From Squalus acanthias (Eukaryota), in the NCBI GenBank assembly GCA_030390025.1, contig JASTWF010000180.1, positions 496,001 to 560,000 on the forward strand: 64,000 nucleotides of DNA, written 5' to 3'. Position 1 is the stretch's first letter. Each line of letters opens with the position of its first letter. Both the position numbers and the translations under genes were made by a program. Below are positions 25,837 through 37,911 of this stretch, one piece after another. The notes under the pieces are model-generated. The model was not told where the DNA came from. It did no database searches and worked only from the letters and a program-made list of their open reading frames with translations.

Positions 25837-27769
25837 AATAAGTCCCCTTTTAAAATTGTATCAAATAGTTTATTTTGCCTCTCCTCGTTCTTCCTACCAA
25901 AATGAATCACTTCCCACTTAGCTGCATTAAATTTCCTCTGCCGTGTGTCTGGCCATTTCATCAATCTGTCTATATCGTCCTGAGCTGTGTTACTATCCTC
26001 CTCACTGTTCACTACATTTCCTAGTTTCGTGTTATCAGAAAACTTTGAAAGTATGCCCTTTACACACAAGTCCAGGGCATTACTATAAAGATCAAAAGGA
26101 GTAGTGGCCCCAACACCGAGCACTGGAGGACACCACTGCATACTTCCTTCCAGTCAGAAAATCAACCGTTCACCACTATTTTGCGTTCTGCCCCTCAGCT
26201 AACTTCGCGTTCCTGCAACCACTGCCCTTTAATCCCATGTGCTTCAATTTTGGAAACAGGTCTATCATGGGGTAGTTTATGAAACGCCAATGGAAAATCC
26301 ATATACACAACATGAAACGCACTACCTTCATCCACCCTCTCAGTTACATTATCAAAAACTGAATCAATTTAGTCAAACACGATTTTTCTTTATTCTTCGC
26401 TTATGGGATGTGGACGTCGCTGGCAAGGCCAGCATTTATTACTCATCCCTAATTGCCCTTGAGATGGTGGTGGTGAGCCGCATTCTAGAACCGCTGCTCT
26501 CCGCGTGGTGAAGGAGCTCCCACAGTGCTGTTAGGGAGGTAGTTCTAGGATTTTGACCCAGCGACGATGAAGGAATGGCGATATACTTCCAAGTCAGGAT
26601 GGTGCGTGACTTACAGGGGAAATTTGAGGTGGTGGTGTTCCCATGCGCCTGCTGCCCTTGTCCTTCTAGATGGAAGAGGTCGTGGGTTCGGGAAGTGTTG
26701 TCTAAGAAGCCTTGGCGAGTTGTTGCAGTGCATCTTGTAGCTGGTGCACACTGCAGCCACGGTACGCCGGTGGTGGAGGGAGTGAATGTTTAATGTGGTG
26801 GATGAGGTGCCAATCAAGCGACCTGCTTTTTCCTGGATGGTGTCGAGATTCTTGAGTGTTGTTGGAGTTGCACTCAACCAGGCAAATGGAAATAATTGCA
26901 CAAGGCACAAGTCAAGAGTGTGAATGTTATTCCATCACACTCCTTATTTGTGCCTCATACGTGTTTGTAGCTCTTGTAGCCACGGTATTTTTGTGGCTGG
27001 TCCAGTTTCTGGTCAATGGTGACCCCAGGATATTTATGCTGGGGGATGCGACGACGGCAATGCCATTGAATGTCAATTGGAGATGGTTAGACTCTCTCAT
27101 GTTGGAGATAGCCATTGCCTGGCACTTGTGTGGTGCGAATGCTACTTACCACTTATCAACCCCAACCTGGATACTGTCCAGGTCTTGCTGCATGCGGGCA
27201 CGAACTGTTTCATTATCTGAGGTGTTGCGAATGGAACTGAACACTGTGCAATCATCAGCGAAAATCCCCACTTCTGACCTTTTGATAGAGGGAAGGTCAT
27301 TGATGATGGAACTGAAGATGGTTGGACAAGGGAACTGACCTGTGGAACTCGTCCAGGGATGTTCTGGGGTTGAAATGATTGAGCTCCAACAACCACAACC
27401 ATCTTTTTTTGTGCTAGGTATAAATCCAGCCAGTGCAGAGTTTTACCCCTGAACCCCATTGACTTCAATTTCACTGGAACTCCTTGGTGCCACATCCGGT
27501 GAAATACTGCCTTGATGTCAAAATTTCAGGATGCCTCCCATCTGGACCGGTTGACGTTTCTACTTTGAGCGCTGTCAACCTTTTAAGTACCTTCTCTTTA
27601 TGTATTTGTATCCTATTCAATTTCTTCGCTGCCTGCTCCTTTTACTGTGAATTTGGCAGCATCCTCTTCTTTAGTGAAGACCGATGCAAATTATTAATTT
27701 AATGTCTCAGCCATGCTCTCTGCCTCCACAAGAAGGTCCCTTATAGGCTTTTGGTTTCCATTTGCCTAG

Positions 27770-27925
27770 AGACAATGGGATGAATGGCCGATTCCTCTTT
27801 TTATGTTTCCAGTTACATTGCGATGAATGATCGACTCCTGTGCCTATGTTACTAGGTACAATGGGGCTGAACGGCCGACTCCTGTTGCTATGTTCCTACA
27901 TACAGTGGGCGGAATGGCCTTCTTG
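27770..27925 (+). repeat. Degenerate ~38-bp minisatellite (~4 units)
   Basis: Units resembling ACAATGGGGCTGAATGGCCGACTCCTGTTCCTATGTT, similar to CR1 3' ends. Confidence 0.5.
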
Positions 27926-29519
27926 GAATTGGAGAATCAAGAATGATACAACACAGAAGGAGGCCGTTCCGCCCACCGTACCTCTGCCGGCTCTGAAAAG
28001 AGATATTAAATTACTCTTACTTCACGGTACTACCTCCATAGCCCTGCAAATGCGCACTTTTCAAATACATATCCAACTCCCCTTTGAACGTTACTATTGA
28101 TTTTGCTTCCACCACCCTTTCAGGCAGTGCAGTTCAGATTATAACAACTCTCTCCGTTAAAAAAAATCCTCATCGCCCCTCTTGTTCATTTGCCAGTTAT
28201 CTATACCACCAAGAAAACACAGATTCATTGCCCAGTCATCTTATATGTGCAAAATACACGGGGACGTTTATACACCCAACATTACAATATGATATAACAA
28301 CAACTTTCATTTATAAAGCGCCTTGAACGTACTAAAACCTCCCAACATTTGACACCGAGCCACATAAAGAAATATTAGGTCAGGTGACTAAAAGTTTGAG
28401 ATCAAAAGAGGTTGGTTTTAAGCAGCGTCTTAAAGGATGTGAGAGAAAGTAGACAGGCAGAGAAGGTTAGGGAGGGAATTCCAGAGGATAGGGCCTAGAC
28501 GGCCTCTAAGGCTATGGTGAAGGAAGCGGGGGATGTCCAAGGGCCAGAGTTGGAGGAACGCAGAGTTCTCGGAGGGCTGTAGGGGCTGGAGGAGGTTATC
28601 GAATTAGGGAGGGGCGAGGCCATGGAGAGATTTGAAAACAAGGATGAGAATTTTAAATTCGAGGCGTTGTTGGACTGGGGGCCAATGTAGGTCAGGGTTG
28701 ATGGGTGTACGGGACTTGGTGGGAGTTAGGGTATTGGCAGTCGAATCTGGAAGTTCTACCTATATGATGCGCATGTGATGTTGCTGAGAGGCGTGATAAG
28801 TTTGTCTACAAGAGAAAATTATTTCTCCTGCCGTTATTGATTTAGCCATCGTAAAATTGTTTCACTGCAGCTTGATTTGGACTACATAGACCAGGATGAA
28901 TCCCTGTACGAACAGGCCAAGAGATGTGTGTTTGTCGTTGCAAAGGACGATAGCAACTTGGCGAGGTTATAGCATGGAATATCGGGATCTAAATAAATAA
29001 GAACCTATGAACATAAGAAATAGGAGCAGGAGTAGACCATTCTGCACCTCGAGCCTGCTCCGCCATTCGATAAGTTCGTGGCTGATCTGGTCTTGGCCTC
29101 AACTCCACTTCCCTGCCCGCTCCCCATAACCCTTGACTCCATTATCGTTCAAACATCTGTCGATCTCCATCTTAAATATATTAAATAACCCAGCCTCCAC
29201 AGCTCTCTGGGGTAGAGGATTCCAAAGATTCACGACCCTCTGAGAGAAGAAATTCCTCCTCATCTCCGCTTTGAATGGGCGCCCCCTTATTCTGAAATTA
29301 TGCCTCCTCGTTCCAGATTCCACCACGAGGGGAAACATCCTCTCTGCATCTACCTTGTCAAGCCCCCTCAGAATCTTATACGTTTCAATAAGATCACCTC
29401 TCATGCTTCTAAACTCCAATGAGTATAGGCCCAACTTGCTCAAACTTTCTTCATAAGACAACCCCTTCAATCTTTTCGCTCTCAGCCTGTCACTGCAGGA
29501 CATGGGTCGTTGGATTCAT

Positions 29520-29995
29520 GTGTCAGTTGTGGCTCAGTGGGTATCACTCTTGCCTTTGAGTCAGAAAGTGTGAGATCAAGCCCCACTCCAATGACTTGAG
29601 CACAAAATCCAGGCAGACACTTCCCAGCGCAGTAATGTGGGAGCGCTGCCCTGTCGGAGGTGGCGTCTCTCAGCTGAGATATTAACACCCTGACCCCATC
29701 TACCTTCTCAGGTGGGCGTATAAGATCCCACGGCAAATATTTCGAAGAAGAACAGGGGAATTTTCGCCGGTGTCCTGGTCACTATTTATCCCTCACTAAC
29801 ATCACAAAAAACCCTCGAATATCTGGCTATCAATACGTTCCTGTTCGTGCGTTCTTGCTGTGCACAAATTGGCTGCCGCATTTCCTACATTGCAACAGTG
29901 ACTACACTTCAAAACTACCTGATTACCAGTTAAACGCTTTGGAAAGTCCTGAGGTCCTGAAAGGCGGTTTCTAAATAAAAGTGTTTTATTTCTTT
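29520..29995 (+). mobile_element. tRNA-headed DeuSINE-like SINE (other copies ~30495-30915 +, 32955-33335 +, 42035-42430 -, 54670-55110 -, 56065-56505 -, 56590-57060 -)
   Basis: TGGCTCAGTGGG A-box head, a central domain of the CTGTCGGAGGTG...AGATCCCA..GGC...GAAGAAGA type shared by all copies, and a common T-rich tail. Confidence 0.7.
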
Positions 29996-31469
29996 CATGT
30001 TACGACTGTGTTGGCTAATACCACAGCATACCCTCAAGTAGTTACATCGATTTACATTGGTGACTATCTTATATTTATTGTCGCTAGTTTCTGACCACCC
30101 ACAAGTGCAAACATCTTCTCTGCGTCTACCCTATCAAACACATTCCAAAATCTTATAGACATCCATCTGGTCACTCCTCCGTCTTCTCTTTTCTAGAGTA
30201 AATAGCCCCATCCTGTACAGTGTGTCCAGATATTTATACTCTCACAGCTCTCGTCTCAGCCTTGTAGTGTGAACAATAACAACAGGACGGAATGCATATA
30301 AGCACTGAATTACTGCCACTCAACCTGATAAAATTATGGACCGACTTCTTATTCCACTTCACCTGAACATTAACTTGATCATGACACGCCATGTCCAATG
30401 ATAAGCAAGATCTATAGCGTTGCTTCAACTGTTGTGCCTTTGGAGATTATTAGCACTCTCTAGTCTCAGAAATGCGCCTTTTCCTTAATGTGTTAGCCGT
30501 GGCTCATTGGGTAGCACTCTCACCTCTAAATCAGAACATTGTAGGTTTGACTTTCCCTCCAAAGACTCCCAATGCCAGTAATGAGCGGATTCTGCACTGT
30601 TGGGGGTGCTGTCTTTCAGATGACACGTTAAACCGAGGCCCCGTCTGGCCTCTCCTGTTGGCGTAAATATCTCATGGCGCTATTGGAAGAAGAGCAAGGG
30701 AGTTCTCTAGGATCCTGGGCAATATTAACCCTTCACTAACACCTAAAAACAATTGATGACATTGCTGTTTGTGGGATCCGGCTGTGCGGCAATTGGCTGC
30801 CGCGTTTCTTACATTACAGGAGTGAGTAAACTTCAAAAAAGTACGTCATTGGCTGGAAAGCGCTTTAGAATATACCGAGGTCGTGAACGGCGCTAAATAA
30901 ATGTGATTCTTTCTTTGCTTTTGGGCAACGGTTCGATAAACACTGAAGAGTGCTGATGTAAGAGAGAACTGAACCCCTTTTAAATCCACTATTGATCAAT
31001 GCATTAAATGCTGCAAATGGTATCCGTTACGTGACTGAATCCATATTGAATAATTACACGCACATTATACTTGGAGACTGAATGACTATGAGAAGCAACC
31101 TCTGTTTATTTCATCAACCCTCAACTTTCTCTATTGAACTTTCATTGTAACATTGGTCTCACGTGTTCCTGCCGGTGGCCCTCCTTTTTTTCTGAATTCT
31201 GATTGGTTAGATCACTTAGCGGTCGAGTCCATTCCGGTTCCTGTATGCAACCACGATCTCTGTTTTTAATTGTGATTGGTCATATGACAGGCAGAAATCC
31301 GGGATCGTGTGTCAAATGACGGTTTGGTCTATTACATACTTAGAAGCCTGACACAGGGAATCATTTGAGTGCAAGGTTTGAGAGAGCAAAGATGTGTAAA
31401 TTAAGAAATTAATATATTGGAATATATAAAAGATGATGGGAATGATAATATGAAGATGAACTGGATTGA

Positions 31470-32690
31470 GTTTTTTGATGAGGTAAACAGAGGGTTGATG
31501 AGGGCAATGCGGTTGATGTGGTATACATGCACTTCCAAGAGGCGTTTGATAAAGTGCCACATAAAATAAAAGGGACAGTGGCAGCATGGATACGAAACTG
31601 GCTAAGTGACAGGAAACATAGAAGTGGTGAACGGTTATTTATCGGACTGGAGGAAGGTGCACTGTGGTGTTCTCCAGGGGTCGGTACTGAGACCACTGTT
31701 TTTCTTGATATATATTAATGACTTAGACTTGGGTGTACAGGGCACAATTTCAAAATTTGCAGATGACACAAACCTTGGAAGTACAGTGAAAAGTGAGGAG
31801 GATAGTGATAGACGTTAAGAGAACATAGGCAGGCTGGTGGAATGGGCAGATACGTGGCAGATGAAATTTAACGCAGTAAAGTGTGAAGTGTTACATTTTG
31901 GTAGGAAGAACGAGGAGAGGGAATATAAACTAAAGGGTACAATTGTAAAGGTGGTGCATGAACAGAGAGACCTTGGGGGTAAAAGAGCACAAATCGTTGA
32001 AGTTGGCAGGGCAGGTTGAGAAAGCGGTTAAAAAAGCATACGGGGTCCTGGGCTGCATAACTAGAGGCATAGAGTCCAAAAGCAAGGAAGTTATGATGAA
32101 TCTTTGTAAATCACTGGTTCGGCCTCAACTGGTGTATTGTGTCCAATTCTGGGCACCGCACTTTAGGAAGGATGTGAAGGCCTTAGAGAGGGTGCAGAAA
32201 AGATTTACAAGAATGGTTCCAGGGATGAGGGATTTCAGTTACGTGGATAGACTGGAGAAGCTGGGGTGGTTTCCCTTAGAGCTGAGAAGGTTGAGAGGAG
32301 ATTTGATAGAAGTGTTCAAAATCATGAGGGGTCTGGACAGAGTAGATAGAGATAAACTGTTCCCATTGGTGGAAGGGTCGAGAACCAGAGGACACAGATT
32401 TAAGGTGATTGGCAAAAGAACCAAAGGCGACATAAGGAAAAACTTTTTTACGCAGCGAGTGGTTAGGATCTGGAATGCACTGCCTGAAAGGGTGGTGGAG
32501 GCAGATTCAATCACGGCTTTCAAAATGGAATTGGATAAGTACATGAAGGAAAATCATTGGCAGGGCTACGGGGAAAGGGCGGGGGAGTGGGACTCGCTGA
32601 AGTGCTCTTGCAGAGAGCTGGCACGGGCTCGACGGGACGAATGGCCTCCTTCTGTGCTGTAACCATTCTATGATTCTATGATTTTTCTAT
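31470..32690 (+). mobile_element. CR1 3' fragment inserted in the left arm of the inverted duplication
   Basis: RT fragments at 31518-32662 and a CTATGATT tail; absent from the right arm. Confidence 0.85.
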
Positions 32691-34094
32691 GGAGAAACAA
32701 TTGACAAAAGAATGCAATGGCAGATAATTAAGAGGAAAATGAGGAGGAGGAGGAGGAGAAATTAATAATATTATTAATGATGATGAAGAACAATTCAAAT
32801 TCTTAAAAGTGGAAATAAATCCTTAACAATTACCCTTAACTTGCTTACGTGTCAAGTTTTTTTTAAATTACCTTCTACTCCCACTTATTTCGTTTTCAAG
32901 ACAAAATGGCTGCATTTCAACGCTCAACCTATTAACAGCACTCTCCACGTTTCAGGTCTCAGCCGCGGCCCAATGGCAGGACTCTCGCCTCTAAGTCTAG
33001 ATGCTCGTGCGTTCAAGTCCGCACTGCAGAAATCTGCGCACATAATTCAGGATGATACTCGTAATGCTCGTACTGAGGGAGTGCTGCACTTTCGGAAGTG
33101 CCGTCTTTCGGATGAGATTGACTTGGCCAATATTTATCCCTCAATTAACATCACAAACAGATGATTTGATCATTAGCACATTTGCAGTTTTAGCGATCTT
33201 GCTGTGCCCAAATTTGTTGCCGACTTCGCTAGATTAGAACAATGACTACACCTCAAACGTAATTGGCTGTAAAGCATTTTGGGATTTGCTGAGGTCGTGA
33301 TATGCACTATATAAATTCAAGTCATTCCTTCTTTCAATGAGTTGCCACTCAGCAGGTGGCCAAGCAATCACAATGTACAATAATGCAAATAAACACTGCA
33401 GTGAACACTGACGGTCGATTACATCACAATTAAAATGACGTGTTGTGGAAAACCAGGTGTTCCCTTCCAGACACTAATGCACCTTCTCTCTCGCGAATAG
33501 GAACTGCCAAATATAATGAATTGAGCTGTTCAATGTCTATTCCTGAAGAGCACGTGCCAATGTCAAGTGGATATTTATCGCATTTTGAAATAACTGCGAA
33601 TATTATGCACTAGCATCCAGCGACATACTTAGCAGAGCGCCCTATTACAAAAGGGTTTAGTCAGAGTGCAGGGCTGGATTCCCATAGTCGACAGGATATG
33701 ATCGCAGACCCAGTGCTTCAACGGTTTTGCAAGCTTTTGTCTAACCGTACACTCTTGAGAGAGCGAAACACTCTCAACAGCTTCCGGGCCAGATGTTCAC
33801 GCAACTGTTTTAACGACTAACTGTACATGAAAGAAGCACCACGCGAATTCAACAGTGACCACATCCTAAAAGAAATTCTCATTCACCCACCCACTGTTGT
33901 GATTAAATGTCATTTCACGATAGAGCAATGATTATTTCTATATCCACGGAAATGTACTGCTGCCTATCCGTATTAGTGAATAATCCGTTATAAAGCTGGA
34001 TATCTGAACGCTTCTGTTAATTTTGTACATAATTCAATGTAAGGATTAATCCTTGGAAAGTCACGATACCATAACCAGCTTTATCCTGTATAGG

Positions 34095-35720
34095 TTAGAG
34101 TCATAGAGTTATACAGCACAGAAAGAGGGCCTTCGGCCCATCGTGTCCACGCCGGCCATCAAGCCCTGTCTATTCTAATCCCTTTTTCCAGCACTTGGTC
34201 CGTAGCCTTGTATGCTATGGCGTTTCAAGTGCTCATCTAAATGCTTCTTGAATGTGGTGAGGGTTTCTGCCTCTACCACCCTTTCAGGCAGTGAGTTCCA
34301 GATTCCAACCACCCTCTGGGTGAAAAAGTTTTTCCTCAAATCCCCTCTAAACCTCCTGCCCCTCACCTTGAAACTATGGCCCCTGGTTATTGACCCATCT
34401 ATAAGTGGAGAAGTTCCTTTCTATCTACCCTGTCTATGCCCCTCATAATTTTGTACACCTCAATTAGGTCCCCCCTCAGTCTTCTCTGCTCTAAGGAAAA
34501 CAACCCCAGCCTGTCCAGTCTCTCTTCATAGCTGAAGCGCTCCAGCCCAGGTAACATCCTGGTGAAACTCCTCTGCACCCTCTCCAATGCAATCACATCC
34601 TTCCTATAGTGTAGCGACCAGAACTGCACACAGTATTCCAGCTGTGGCCTAACTAGCGTTTTGTACAGCTCCATCATAACCTCCCTGCTCTTATATTCTA
34701 TGCCTCGGCTAATGAAGGCAAGTATCCCATATGTCTTTTTCACCACCTTATCTACCTGTCCTGCTGCCTTCAGAGATCTATGTACATGCACACCAAGGTC
34801 CCTTTGATCCTCTGTCCTTCCTAGGGTCCTGCCATTCATTGTGTATTCCCTTGCCTTGTTAGTCCTCCCAAAATGCATCACCTCACACTTTTCAGGGTTA
34901 AATTCCATTTGCCACTGTTCTGCCAATCTAACCAACCCATCTATTTCGTCCTGTAGCCTGAGGCTTCCCTCCTCGCTATTTACCACTCCACCAATTTTCG
35001 TGTCATCTGCGAAATTACTGATCATACCTCCTACATTCATATCTAAATCATTAATGTACACTACAAACAGCAAAGGACCCAGCACCGATCCCTGCGCTAC
35101 ACCGCTGGACAAAAGCTTTCAGTCACAAAAACAACCTTCGACCATCACCCTCTGCCTCCTGCCACTAAGCCAATTTTGGATCCAATGTGCCAAATTGCCC
35201 TGGATCTTGAACAGTCTCCCATGTAAGACAAAAGCCTTACTGAAGTCCATGTAGACTACATCAACTGCACTACCCTCATCCACACACATAGTCACCACCC
35301 ACGAAAAATGCAATCAAATTGGTTAGACATTATCTCCCCCTGACAAAGCCATGCTGACTATCCTTGATTAATCCTTGCCTCTCCAAGTGGAGACTAATTC
35401 TGTCCCTCAGAAGTTTTTCCAATAATTTCCCTACCACTGATGTTAGGCTCACTGGCCTGTAATTCCCTGGTTTATCCCTACTACCCTTCTTGAATAATGG
35501 TACTACGTTAGCTGTTCTCTAGTCCTCTGGCACCTCCCCTGTGGCCAGAGAGGTTCTGAAAATTTGTATCAGAGCCCCTGCAATCTCCTCCCTTGCCTCA
35601 CACAGCAGCCTGGGATACATCTCGCCTGGGCCTGGGGATTTATCCACTTTTAAGCCCGCTAAAAGCGCTGGTACCTCCTCCCTCTCAATACTAATTTTTC
35701 AAGTATATCACAATCCCCCT
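34095..35720 (-). mobile_element. CR1 3' fragment
   Basis: RT ORF at 34399-35112. Confidence 0.85.
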
Positions 35721-37169
35721 GCCTGATGTACATCCTCTGCTCCGAGTTCTTGTTCGTTGACTCATTCTTGTAAAGTGCACATGTGTGACCTCGGGAAGAG
35801 GGCAGGCTGCGCATAGTCTACTTGCGTGTCCACATTGACAGCGTTCTGCTCTGCCAAAACGCCGGCACAAACACAGTGGGCCGAATGTACTTATTACATA
35901 GTTACATTGTAACATAGTTACATAGAGACTACAGTACAGAAACAGGCCATTCGGCTCAACTGGTCCATGCCGGTGTCAATGCTCCACACGAGCCTCTTCC
36001 CACCCCTCTTCATCTTAACCTATCAGCATATCCTTCTATTCCTTTCTCCCTCGCGTGGTTATCCAGCTTCCCCTTAAATGCATCTATGCCTCAACTACTC
36101 CGTGTGGTGGCGAGTTCCACATTCTGTCCAATCTCTGAGTAAAGAAGTTTCTCCCGAATTCCCTATTGGATTTATTTATGACCGACTTATATTTGTGGCT
36201 CCTAGTTTTAGTCTCGGGCAAGTGAAAATATCTTATCTACCTCTACCCTTACATAATCTTAAAGACCTCTGTCAGTTCATCTCTCAGCCTTCTCTTTTCT
36301 GGAGAAAAGACCCCCAGCCTGTTCAGCGTTTCGTTAGAAGTATATCCCTTCAGTGCTAGTATCATCCTTGTGAATCTTTTTTGCACTTTCTCCAGTGCCT
36401 CCATATCATTTTTATAACATGGAGAGCAGAATTTTGCAGAGTGCGCCAAGCGTGATTTTACCAAGGTTTGATACAAGTTTTACAGAACTTCTCTGCTTTT
36501 CAATTCTATCCCTTTAGAAATGAACCCCAGTGCTTTGTTTGAGTTTTACGGCCTTATTAACCTGTGTCACTGCTTTTAATGATTTGGGTATTTGTACCTC
36601 TAGACCTCAATGCTCCTCTACCAGATTTAGCCTCTTATTATCCAAGTAGTATGTAGCCTTCTGATTCTTCCATCCAAAATGCACCAGCTCACACTGAAAT
36701 GAATTTGTCAATTACATGCCCATTCGGCAACTTTATTAATGTCGTCTTGCATTTTGTCACAGTCCTCTGCAGTATTTAGACACGCCCCAATTTTGAAATT
36801 TGACTCCAGTTTCCCGTGTCCAATGCGTTAATTTTAATTTTGAACAACAGTGGTCCTAACACCGATCCTTGTGGAACACCACCCCCGACCTTCTCTTTTT
36901 ACCAGTTTCAGTAGCTACCCTTAAAACTACTCTCTGTTTTCTGTCTGGAGAGAAGGATACAAGGGGGTCCCCCAGGATTCGATCTTAGGACGTTCCTTTT
37001 CTTGTTATATAGAAATTACCTGGACTTGGGTATAGGAAGTACAATTTCGAAGTTTACGAATGAAACAAAACCTGGCAACTTGGTAAATAGTGAGCAGGAC
37101 AGTAGCAGACTTCAGGAGGAGATGGACAGACTGGTGAAAGGCGCAGACACATAGCAGATGCAATATAAT

Positions 37170-37911
37170 GGGCCGAAAATTGATCCCGGGACGCGAGAGT
37201 ACGCACCGCGTACTCTCGCGTATTCCCACTCCAATTGCCGGTTTTCTGCATGCCCTGCGCATGCGCTGAAAACCGGCAATTGCTCATCTGAAAAGGGGGC
37301 GGGTCCTCGGTGCATCGCTTGCGCGCTACAGGCTGCGCGCACGCTGTGCACTTCATGCTTTGGACGCGCAGGTAAGTACGGAAGATTTTGGAAATGTAAA
37401 AAGGAGGAGTAAGACCCACTTTTAAGAAGGTAAGTAGTGAATTAAGTATTTTTTTGAATTTTTTTTAACAGGTATATCTTTTTTAGAGACTTTAAAGACA
37501 GGTAAGTTTATTTTTATAACTTTTTAAAAGATTTTAAATTTTTTCAAAAATTTAATTTTTTATTTAAAATGGTTAATTTAATTAACTATACTTATTTTAT
37601 TAATGTGATGGTTTTTTTTTTAATTTAATTGAGGTTTAGCTGTTATTTTGGGGGGTGTAAGATTCATAGATTTCACAGCCGTGCTGTGAAACTTATGAAT
37701 GGAAGATGGTGTGCTGCCATTGGCTCTAACTGAGTCACGTGATCCCACAGCTCGCACGAATTCACTGCGCCGCTGGGATACGCAAGCACTGCCCAGCTGA
37801 TCTCTAGAACATGAAGTTCGTGCGAGCTGGATCTGAAAAAGCACAAGCGAGGTGAGAGAGCGCGGGAAAGCCTTACCCCCGCGGGAACAGAGCGAGATCA
37901 ATTTCTGGGCC
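37170..37911. mobile_element. PIF/Harbinger-like non-autonomous element (MITE) inside a CR1 remnant
   Basis: Imperfect TIRs GGGCCGAAAATTGATC / GATCAATTTCTGGGCC, 3-bp duplication AAT, AT-rich centre and no transposase ORF. Confidence 0.7.

Larger units (their letters stand above)
1..27500 (+). repeat. Tandem segmental duplication of the V cassette (3 V-bearing units plus the 3' part of a further unit at 1-2860)
   Basis: The same order recurs: CR1 remnant, promoter, V, RSS, CR1/Penelope remnants, LINE fragment. Bases 1-1950 match ~8830-10770, with further homologous blocks at ~14110-14560/19010-19765 and ~25840-26900. Confidence 0.88.
30055..36900 (+). repeat. Left arm of an old inverted segmental duplication
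   Basis: Reverse-complement matches: 30055-30245 to 58680-58870; 30290-30480 to ~57060-57220 and 56510-56560; 30910-31470 to 55510-56060; 33330-33410 to 54605-54680; 33430-34095 to 46530-47150; 35735-35895 to 45270-45405 and 46383-46410. Confidence 0.85.
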
